DNA from: Azolla caroliniana
Lineage: Eukaryota; Plantae; Polypodiophyta
Reading direction: 5' to 3'
DNA length: 64,000 bases
Assembly: GCA_043228905.1 (NCBI GenBank)
Contig: JBHGNT010000011.1
Location: 3,968,001 to 4,032,000, forward strand
The notes beneath the pieces are model-generated. The model was not told the origin of the DNA and ran no database searches. It was given only the letters and a program-made list of their open reading frames with translations. This document shows, piece after piece, positions 47,765 through 57,372 of this stretch. Position 1 is the stretch's first letter, and the number at the start of each line of letters is the position of its first letter. The position numbers were made by a program, and so were the translations under genes.

Positions 47765-49935
47765 GAGGATTCGCCTCCAAGGCTATCTCGGTTCCTTTCA
47801 TGATTAGCTCGAACCGTCAGGAATTGAACGGATTTTTTACTATCAAGACTCTTGACGCGCGCGAAGGCTGCTCCATTATCGAACACCTTGGTCTCCATCC
47901 GGGACGATGTTATATATGGTTGTCCTAGGATGACGGGATGTGAAGCCGAGTCTTGCACGAAGAAGTGTTGATCAATCTCTACATCCCCAATCGTGACTTT
48001 AACGTTGGGGCAAGCTCCGTACAAGTCCTCCGTAGCCTTCGTCGCCGCTCGAATCTTCCATCCGTGGTTTGTATTAATCGGCCATCTTCCTTTCTTATAG
48101 AACTCGGTCGACATGAGGTTGATCTCAGAGCCATGGTCAATCAAAGCGACCACGGTCTCTTTCTTCTCCCCGATCTTCACGGGTGTCTCCGTTGTCGCTC
48201 TTGCCCAATGAGGCCGCGAGTAATGGCTATCCGCCACCACTTCTTCTTCTTCCTCCTCTTCCGATCTTGCCATGGTTATGGCACTTGTTTTGACCTCCTC
48301 TTCATCAGATTGTTGTCGCTTCCTCTTAATAAGGTCCACGATAGTATCATGGAACTCCTTCTTCGCGATCCCAAGTAGCTCTCTCAAGGTAAGGTCGACA
48401 TGACTATCTAAAACCTTCTCCTCAAGGACCTTCCGCAAGTTAGTTGTTTGTTCTATGTCCGACCTTAGCTTGTAAGTCGGTGCCGCTCGTTCTTTTCCTT
48501 TCTTCGTTGATTCTTCGACTTCCATCCGAGCAGGTTGGCTCGATCCACTAGGCTTCATGTTTGTTTCACCAATCTCTTTTCTTGGGATAGGTTGGGGTGA
48601 CCCTTCTTTCCCTCCGTTCCTCGTGTTAGGTCGCTTTGATGTGCCATCTTCCTCACCAGTTCTCTTCCTCTTCTCTTCGACAAGGGCTTCATAGGTGTCA
48701 CACACAACCTCCGCAAAGCTTGTGTTTTCATCGATTGGATCTGACCATCCAGTTGCTCGTCGCACGTTTCGGTCAGCAAGTTTTAGATCCTCCGAATTGA
48801 TTTTGCCTTTTTCTTCGCACTCGAAGACCGTCGGCCAAAACCCAGCTCCTGGCTTGATCATTTTAAGATTCTCTTTTCCAACTCGTATCCCAGCCGAAGC
48901 AGCATAGTGCATAGCCTCCACATGCCTTGCATCTTCTTCTTCTACAATCTTTTTCAGCCCACCTCTTCCGAAGTTCACTCGTAGTGGCTTCCGGGTCTCG
49001 CTTGAGTGAATCATGTTGCCGTCCAAATAGACGACATTCTTGCGGATTGCATCTTGCAAGTCAGCACATTCCCTTCGTGAGTGTTCAAAGCTATCACACC
49101 ACACACATCTATACGCTTCTTTTCCCTTGGGCCCGCGTCGACCTAAGTTGGCTAGCGATACCGCTTCAAACTTCTTGGAGAGCTCTTCGATTATAGACTC
49201 CTCCATTGCTTTCTTGTCGAAATTGTTGATCGGCTTACCTGGCTCAATCGTCGTAGGTGCCTTCTTCCACAATTGTGGATTCTCAACCTCAGCTTCCTCT
49301 TGCCATTGTCGCCGCTTATCAAAACGGTTGCAAGCCTTCTTCACCGCCGCCCAGTCCGCTACCAAACCATTTGGTTGTGTTTCATCCTCCAAGAAACTAC
49401 CCAATTCTCGCCGATCTTTCGCATCCATTGCCTTTAGGAATAGCAAGACTTTATCTCCGTCGAGAACTCGTTGCTCGACACTCGGAAGTCGGTTGTACTT
49501 CTGGTCAAATTCGGCATAAATTCCCGATGCACACAGATTCTTCCCTTTCTTCTCGATCCAATTCATTAACGCATGCCGAGTCATCCGCGATGCGTCTTCA
49601 AGCATGTATTCAGTGAGAAGAGCCCTTTCGAACTCCGCCCAAGTTGCATGCTCGTTTTGGATCTCCATCACGCGCTCACGGATCCCGGGTTCTACCACAC
49701 GCTTAAAGCTTGAAATTTGTTTTGGATCATGGACATCTCTTTGTTGCATCTCATTCCGGTAGGTAGCAAGGAAATTTGTGATGTTCTTCCCACCGAATCT
49801 CCCAACTGTCTCCACAGTTCGGTCAACAGCTTTGTCGACTAAAGCCTCCCGATCTCTCTCTTTCAGCATGAATTCGACAACGGACACCATGCCTTTCGTC
49901 AATTCTTCTCCTTGAGTTCCACTTGTCGAAGCCAT
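47755..49935 (-). CDS. Gag-protease polyprotein
   Basis: 726 aa; CVWCDSFEHSRREC knuckle; ALIDHGSEINLM and VILGQP aspartic protease motifs. Confidence 0.92.
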   Translation of the reverse strand: MASTSGTQGEELTKGMVSVVEFMLKERDREALVDKAVDRTVETVGRFGGKNITNFLATYRNEMQQRDVHDPKQISSFKRVVEPGIRERVMEIQNEHATWAEFERALLTEYMLEDASRMTRHALMNWIEKKGKNLCASGIYAEFDQKYNRLPSVEQRVLDGDKVLLFLKAMDAKDRRELGSFLEDETQPNGLVADWAAVKKACNRFDKRRQWQEEAEVENPQLWKKAPTTIEPGKPINNFDKKAMEESIIEELSKKFEAVSLANLGRRGPKGKEAYRCVWCDSFEHSRRECADLQDAIRKNVVYLDGNMIHSSETRKPLRVNFGRGGLKKIVEEEDARHVEAMHYAASAGIRVGKENLKMIKPGAGFWPTVFECEEKGKINSEDLKLADRNVRRATGWSDPIDENTSFAEVVCDTYEALVEEKRKRTGEEDGTSKRPNTRNGGKEGSPQPIPRKEIGETNMKPSGSSQPARMEVEESTKKGKERAAPTYKLRSDIEQTTNLRKVLEEKVLDSHVDLTLRELLGIAKKEFHDTIVDLIKRKRQQSDEEEVKTSAITMARSEEEEEEEVVADSHYSRPHWARATTETPVKIGEKKETVVALIDHGSEINLMSTEFYKKGRWPINTNHGWKIRAATKATEDLYGACPNVKVTIGDVEIDQHFFVQDSASHPVILGQPYITSSRMETKVFDNGAAFARVKSLDSKKSVQFLTVRANHERNRDSLGGESSDF

Positions 49936-49966
49936 CTTCGAACTTGATATCCTCCTACTGCCTCGT

Positions 49967-49984
49967 TTCGCGTCGGGTTCACCA
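49967..49984 (-). promoter_or_regulatory. Primer-binding site complementary to tRNA-Trp
   Basis: TGGTGAACCCGACGCGAA 4 nt inside the 5' LTR; plant tRNA-Trp ends UUCACGUCGGGUUCACCA (recalled, one mismatch). Confidence 0.8.
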
Positions 49985-52900
49985 AAGATGTCGCGAAAAT
50001 ACGACGAGGATACGCGAACTTTGAGGCAGGACCCCGGGGCCTCCGACCAGAAGATATCGGATTCGTAAGATTATATTAAACAATTAATGCCAAATGATAA
50101 AGATTCACAAATTTCATTAATAAAGGGAAAAGAAATTACAATATGTCCCAAGATTGGGATTTAGAAGTTTTAGGTTTACTAAGATTAATAGAAAAGAAAA
50201 ATTAGGGGTTTTGGTAGATATGGCTTTCGTAGGGAAGATTAGGATTCGGTTCTATGAGTATTATGGCTTCCTAAGATAAGGGAGTTGAGAAGAAAAAAAA
50301 TATAATATGGAGAGTCTATTCTAGTGTAGGAAAAAAAAATGGAATAAAAATGGAGTTCTCTCTTGATCATAGCCTTTTCACTTTTTGTTGCATGGCCTCT
50401 ATTTTTAGTTGCCTAGCTTTTTCTTTTGGTTGCATGTGATTGTCCACATGACCTTTACTTTTTCCATGCACTCCCTTCTTTAGTTGCTTGCGTCCACATG
50501 GCCTTTACATTAGTTCTCTTCACTTTACTTTAGTTTGTTGCATGATCCAATCTTTCGTCCGTCCGCGTCCAACATCGTCCGGTAGCCGGTTCCATTTTGC
50601 TTGCCGGTCGGTTCCGGTTCCGATTTTGCTTGCAGACCGATTCCGGTTTGCTTGCCGGTTTCGGTTTCGGTTTTGCTTGCCGGCCGGTTTCCGGTTTTGC
50701 TTGCCGGCCGGTTCCGGTTTGCTTGCCAACCGGTTCCGATTCCGGTTTGCTTGCCGGTTCCGGTTTGCTTGCCGGTTCCGGTTCCAGTTTTGCTTGCCGG
50801 TTCCGGTTCCGGTTTTGCTTGCCGGCCGGTTCCGGTTTGCTTGCCGACCGGTTCCGATTCCGGTTTGCTTGCCGGTTTCAGTTCCAGTTTTGCTTGCCGA
50901 CCGGTTGCGGTTTGCTTGCCGGTTCCAGTTCCGGTTTGCTTGCCAATTCCGGTTCCGGTTTTGCTTACCAGCCCGTTTCCGGATTTGCTTACCGGACCCG
51001 TTTCCGGTTTTAGGGATTTTGGCCACCATCATCCATCAAGACAAAGTGGCCAAAGTTCTCTCAGCACAAATGAAAAATGAGGGAGCTCAAGGTGTTTATA
51101 TAGCCAGGGCCTTAACTTTCCTATCTATGTGGGATAGTTCTAATATCTCTATTTAATCAAACTTCATTTTCCCATAACTTGATATGTATTTCTCCATTTT
51201 GTATATAGTAAAATACATTTTGAAGCTCTTGAGTATATCCATCTTTCTATAGTAAGCTACCAATCTAATCTATAATAATTATTTCATTATTTTTTTACAT
51301 AGTGTGTGAAGATTCACACGACACCGCGTGCGAAAGGCGGTCTTCCATTCATCTCCCAGTCGGATCCGCACGAGGTTATACGCTCCTCGTAGGTCGATTT
51401 TAGTAAAAAACTTGGCACCATTAACTCGCTCTAAAAGGCTTGATATAAAAGGAAGTGCATACCTATTCCGGATGGTGACCTTATTCAATCCGCGGTAATC
51501 AACGACAAGACGAAGTGAGCCATCTTTCTTCTTGACAAAGAAGATGGGTGCACCGGCCGGAGATTTCGAATGACGGATGAACCCGCTTGCCAAGTTCTCC
51601 TCTATGTAGGCTCGAAGGACTTCTAACTCAGTGGGTGACAAGTTGTAAATTGGTCCCCATGGTGGCTCAGTTCCTGGTTGTAAATCGATGGGACAGTCAT
51701 AGGGACGGTGATGAGGAAGGGTACCGGCTTTTACCTTGTCAAATACATCGGCATAAGGATGATATTTTGCCGGAAGTTGTACTGAGGAATCCTTCTTAAT
51801 AGTGCTGGAAGGATGTACTAATATTGCAAATAGGAACATTGCCTCCTTGTGTCCTTCTTCGCGTAATTGATGGAGTGAAATGGTCGAAACTCGGTGAGTA
51901 GATTCTTGGGGTGGTCGATATCAGACTTCTCTTGTTCTCCAATCTATGGCTGGATTATGTAATTCAAACCAAGGTAATCCTAGGACAATGGGATGCTCTG
52001 GACTACTAATTATATTAAATGATATTACACACACAAAACTACCTAGGACAACTTCAATGGGTTCTGATTCTTCTACAATATTCCCGGAAGCAATGGGACG
52101 ACCATCAATGACCACTACAGATGCGGGACAAGGAAGTTTCCTTAGGGATATCTGAGAAGCTTGGGCAAAATTTCGATCCATAAAACAGGAATTAGCTCCG
52201 GAATCTAAGAGTGCTAGGACGGGTACTGGGGGAGTACTTTTAGTACTAACAATGACTTGGGCTAGGAACACATTGCTAACTTGCTTGGAAGGAATGGAAC
52301 CACTAATGGGCTGTACAGATCTAGGGTTGTTGTCCAACCAAACGGCTCCTATTTTGGCTGGACTCAATCGTTTAACTCTTCATCTAATTGACTAAGGATT
52401 TCAAATTTGTTTGAGATACTTGGGCTATTAGTACTATGAATACTATCTGACACTCTATTAGTACTATTAATACTATCAAACACTCCGAAGGGAAGAATTG
52501 ACTCGGGTTTAGTACAAGTGACGATTTGATTTACCTGTCTTCTTGGCCTATGGGGACAATTGATGGCGATATGCCCTGGTCCACCGCAATAAAGACATAA
52601 TCGATTGGCACGTCGTCGTTGCTTTTCTTCTTCCGATAACGGGCCGCGTTGATGCATGGTGTCGATCTCCATCGGTGTCGGAATATTGGCTTGAGGTACA
52701 TCGCGTGCAAATGGTTTAGCCGTGACTGAGGCGTATGTGGGTTCCGGCCGAGAGCGTGGTATTTGTAACTGACGTTCCGAACGTCGTTCGAAAAGGCGGT
52801 TGTCGCATCGGACCGCTCGACTGATTGCCTCCGTAAGAGACTTTGGTTCTTCGGGGAAGGTTAAAAGCAAATCTTTGACATCATTGCGCAAGCCGTAGCA

Positions 52901-54821
52901 AAACTATTCCATGAGGTCCTGATCATCCCATGGGATATCTGAGGCGAGTAGACGGAAATCCGCCACGTAGGCAGAGGCTGGACGATCACCTTGACGCAAT
53001 CTTCGGATCTTGTTGATCGCCGTCCTGATGCTATCAGTATCTCCAAAGCAGGCTTTAAACTCACCAATAAAATCTTCAAAGTTATTAAGCAAGGGCGATT
53101 GTTTTTCTAGAAGCGGAGCGAACCATGCCAAGGCTGAGCCACTAAGTAACGTGCCTATTAGGCCGACTCGAGATGCATCAGTGGGATATTGGGAAGGATG
53201 CATCTGGATGAATAAGTGTACCTGATTAAGGAATCCCCGGAATTGCGATCGCGTTCCATCAAATTTCACAGGAAGTCCAATCTTGGGCTCTTTATAAAAT
53301 CCTTGGGGACTTGTTCCTTGTTGCAACGCTGCTTCGAGTTGTTGTACTCGTAATGCTAACTCCCCATGTTGTTGTTGCGTTTGTTGTTTTTCGAGAGCAA
53401 TTTGTTGCAAATCCCCTATCAACCGTTGGTTTCCTTGTTCCAGGGCAACAAACTTTTCTTTTAGGCACTGTAACTCAGAGAAACGGATTGATATTCTTGG
53501 GCGCTAACAGTAGCCATAGTATAGGGAAAAGGGTAGGAAGATGAGGGAGAACGACAAGTAGGCTGGAGGAAAGAAAAATTGGTTCAAACTGTCAGGAGTA
53601 GTACTAAAGCAGAGATGGAATTAGTACTAAGAAGAGCAGTACTATTAGTACTAAGAGGACGGGACTGCGTAAGATTCCCGAGAGAGGAAGTGAGAAGAGG
53701 AGAGAGAGAGGAAGATGATGACAACATCTAATATAATATGTGAAAAGATAAGTACAAATGGCTAAGAGGCTTAAGACTGGCGTTGAGCCAATTTGGTTCA
53801 AAACAATGGCATGTGCCTCCTTGTATAGTGTTTTTAGGAATAATCCTGAATCTTCTAGAATGTTCCAGAGAGATCTAGAATATACATCAATTTTCTATGA
53901 TAAAGTATAAATGAAAATAATATCCTACAAATTACAATTCATAGTCTAATGGTAAGAGCTCGACCCATGTAGCATAAGGTCATGGGTTCGAGTCTTGTCA
54001 TATCATGACACTCAGCTCACACGGGGTACCCCCATCTCTGATCCATACTTTCCACTCATCAGCCGCACCTGCTGGTTTCTCGTCGGCCCTACACAACCAC
54101 CAACAACACGATGGATTAAAGCTAAAGACGGGCGGCGGTGTTCTCGACTCGGCGGGTACAGTCAACTATAGAGGCGTCGACCTCCCCCATTCTCACCTTC
54201 CCCCCTTGCTCTCCAACCCTCCTCTGTATACTAAGCCTCTCATCCCTCCTCCTTTGCCCCTCAATTTTCTTTCCCTCCTCCTACAATAGGGCAGCATAAC
54301 CCATCCCCCTTTCCTTATTCATGGCCACTACACCCACACCCCTTTCACTCTCAAAACCCTCCCACATTTTCTGCAAATTCCTTGTATACCCCTCCGTTAC
54401 TTTCTAATATTCCCCAACCTAACCCCCTTCCCCCTCTTTGTAATGACCCCCATCCATATTTCCCCCCCAACACTTTGTATAATTCTGGTCTTACCCCTCC
54501 CCCTATTTCTAACACAGCCCCCTCCCCCCCTAATATCTTTACACACTCCCTCTCCTTTCTTAATAATTCCACACATGCACCCCCCCCCTTTTTCTCACAT
54601 AATTTGAAAAATAAACCCTCCCTATTTACATATAATACCCCTCCCCTTTTTCCTAATTCTAACTTGTTTGCCCCTACCACACACCCATATAATAAATCAA
54701 ACCCCCATAGCACTTACAAACCCCCCCCTCACCCCCAAACTAAAACTCGGTCATATACATGTAGACCAAAAAACGGGTAGCGAGGCGTGCTAAACGAATT
54801 AGTAAACGTTTTAAGCACGCC

Positions 54822-56880
54822 TTGCACCCTTGTAAGCGTCTCTTTTACATACTAGATAGGCCCCCCTTAACTTGTGATACCTACATGTGGCTAGGTAGAA
54901 CAAACTCTCGTTTCCCCTTCTCCCCTTACACTAAATCACACACTAAAAAGTCAAATACTAAAAAACCACGAACCAAATTTTGGACTCCCCTCCTTAGGAA
55001 ACCTGTAATTAGTAGTAGGATACACAATCACTCTGATTATACCCTCTCCAAACACGAGACACAACTCCTCAACCTAGGTTTGAAACACATCCTCCCATCT
55101 TCCCCACCTCCACCTCTTATCCTACTTAAAGAATTTGATAGCCTTAGTAGGACCCTCCGACTTGAACACTTTTTCAAAGATGAGGATAATTCCCCCATAA
55201 ATCCCTTTAAACTACCTAACCCTAGTTGGCAACCCCCTACTAAATACATACCCCTAGAAAACATTATAGTTAAACATCAAACTCTCTTTAGTAATACACT
55301 TCATACACTTAAATTAAAACCCACTAGGATTCCACTCCACTTATTACAAGCTTTACGATCTCTTAGAAATAACAATAGAATCATAATTTTACCTGCGGAT
55401 AAAAACGTTGGAGTTTGTGTTCTTAACAAAGACACATACTATAACAAAGTTGTAGAACACCTTTCCGATTCTAATACCTATAGAGTAGTTTCCCACTATC
55501 CACTTGAAGAGTTATCATATAGACTTAAAAAGATTGTTAACAACCATCTAGGTACCTTATCCACCATAGAAGCCAACTACATACTACATAAGCCCTCAAC
55601 AGGATACCAAGTATGCAATCTCTACTTCCTCCCCAAACTCCACAAGAACCCAATGGTCTTTAGACCTATTTGTTCACCACCAACTCATGCCAATCCTTCT
55701 CCTTCAAAAACAATATTTGAAAGACTCACACTCCCTTATCCAAACTCTAGAACATCTTAAACCACCCCCTAATAGCTTTATCTTTACCTTTGATGTTGAA
55801 TCCTTATATCCTAGCATCCCCCCTAAGCTAGGTCTAGAAGCCTTACGAAAAATCATTACCCCCCATTTTTCGACTTCTAAAACTAACCTTATTTATACAC
55901 TTAACGCACTCACATTAGAATATCACTTTCTCTCTTTTGACGACGTAATTTATCAACAAGTAAAGGGTTTAGCCCCCTAAGCTAGGTCTAGAAGCCTTAC
56001 GAAAAATCATTACCCCCCATTTTTCGACTTCTAAAACTAACCTTATTTATACACTTAACGCACTCACATTAGAATATCACTTTCTCTCTTTTGACGACGT
56101 AATTTATCAACAAGTAAAGGGTACAGCCATGGGTAGTAATTTTTCCGTAGTATATGCTTGCCTTTTCTTAGCTCACTTAGAGAATTTGGAACGACCACAC
56201 CCAAATCTTTGCTTTTTCACTAGATATATAGATGACACTTTCGGAATATGGACGGGTAGTAAACTCGAGTTAGAAAATTACCTTCAATTCTATAATACCT
56301 CTACTAATAATTGTATCAAACTTACCATCATCACTTCCCCCTCTAGATTACCCTTCCTAGACTTATGGATTAACCTAGAAAACTCAAATTTCTCCTTTAA
56401 TTGCTACCAAAAGCCCCAAAATGCTTACCAATATCTCCCGTTCTCGTCAGAACACCCCCTTCATTTAAAAAGACATTTTATTATTAATGAACTAAAACGA
56501 TACCTAATTAGAGAAAGCACTCCTTTAGGTTTTCGTCGAATGAAAAAACTATTTTTACTAGACTAATTACGAGAGGATATCCCCCTTCTTTCATAAAAGA
56601 AAATTATAAAAATGTCCCCTTTAGGGTTAGGAAATCACTAATATATAGTAGGAAACCCAAAAGTACTCTTCTACCCGTTATCTTCAAACTTAGATATACA
56701 CGAGATACCCCTAAGATAGGAACTCACAACATGCTAAAAAACCTCCACGAGGATTTACTCTTAGATCCCAAACTATCTCAGATACCTAGACCTTTTGTGT
56801 GTTGGATTAAGTCCAAGTCCATTCACTCTTTTTTGGTCAAAAATAAATATAAAAGGTCATCCCCAAAATCTCTTACTTAA
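54822..56880 (+). pseudogene. Penelope-like reverse transcriptase, disrupted
   Basis: LLNLGLK, ILPADKNVG, LYFLPKLHK..RPICS, FTFDVESLYPSIP, YQQVKGTAMGS, RYIDD, LPFLDL, YQKP..YL..SEHP, RGYP; broken by a deletion near 55676, a 150-bp duplication and a frameshift near 56555; ends without GIY-YIG. Confidence 0.92.
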
Positions 56881-57137
56881 CACTGCACATTTACTTACTT
56901 ATAACCCCCCACTTATGCATAACACACCCCCACTTATTACTTACCATAATCTCCCACTTTTCATAGCCCACCCCCACGTATTACTTAGCATACACATACT
57001 TATAACCCTCCACTCTTCTTAGCCCACCACCACTTACTTTGTATCATTCAACTGCCTACCATTACCCCCTTCTTCTCTCTCCCATCACTAAATCTTATTT
57101 CTCCTCTCTCCCTCTCCCTCTCCCACCTCCCCCACCT

Positions 57138-57145
57138 TATATAAA
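57138..57145 (+). promoter_or_regulatory. TATA box upstream of the hammerhead
   Basis: TATATAAA about 20 nt before hammerhead stem I. Confidence 0.5.
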
Positions 57146-57164
57146 GCTACACCCATCTTGTAAT

Positions 57165-57221
57165 AGACCTTTGCACTGATGAGCTCATTCTTGAGCGAAA
57201 CTAGTTTGCTGCATAAGGTCT
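57165..57221 (+). ncRNA. Minimal type I hammerhead ribozyme
   Basis: AGACCTTTGCA-CTGATGA-GCTC attctt GAGC-GAAA-CTAG-TT-TGC..AAGGTCT: conserved core, 4-bp stem II, palindromic minimal stem III, stem I. Confidence 0.85.
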
Positions 57222-57372
57222 TTCTTTTCATTCTAATGATATTTTCTTGAGTCTCTCTCTCTCCCCCCTTGGTACACACAATCTATTTTCTTCCTATTAG
57301 ATTATCTACCATATTACTACGTTGCTCGCACTCCTTGTAACGACCCAACGGTTGACAACAAAACCAAGATAG

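Larger units (their letters stand above)
42907..51323 (-). mobile_element. Intact young Ty3/gypsy element with 1335-bp LTRs (42907-44241, 49989-51323) and 4-bp TSD CCGC
   Basis: LTRs nearly identical (one difference seen); removing the element and one CCGC restores host TAFRTRYGHF in frame; both ORFs intact. Confidence 0.97.
39958..54010 (-). mobile_element. Tcn1-like Ty3 chromovirus with two about 420-bp LTRs (39958-40379, 53590-54010), mutated, interrupted by 42907-51323
   Basis: TGTCA..TGACA LTRs, PPT at 40380-40393, gag with CLYCGGPGHIAINC, LLDSGAN protease, RT YLDD, RNase H, integrase, chromodomain EYEVAAILD..YLVDWLGY..TWEP (40380-40628). Confidence 0.95.
38921..57365 (+). mobile_element. 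Penelope-like element without a visible GIY-YIG endonuclease, about 4.4 kb after removing the 39958-54010 insertion
   Basis: PLE-type RT at 54822-56880, hammerhead at 57165, shared inverted terminal motif at 38944 and 57327, C/A-rich plus strand on both sides of the insertion; inclusion of the left arm is inferred. Confidence 0.7.

Noticed and set aside
54822-57365. DIRS element or telomerase (TERT) gene
   Set aside because: No tyrosine recombinase or RNase H; no TERT T-motif or introns; the motifs are PLE-type
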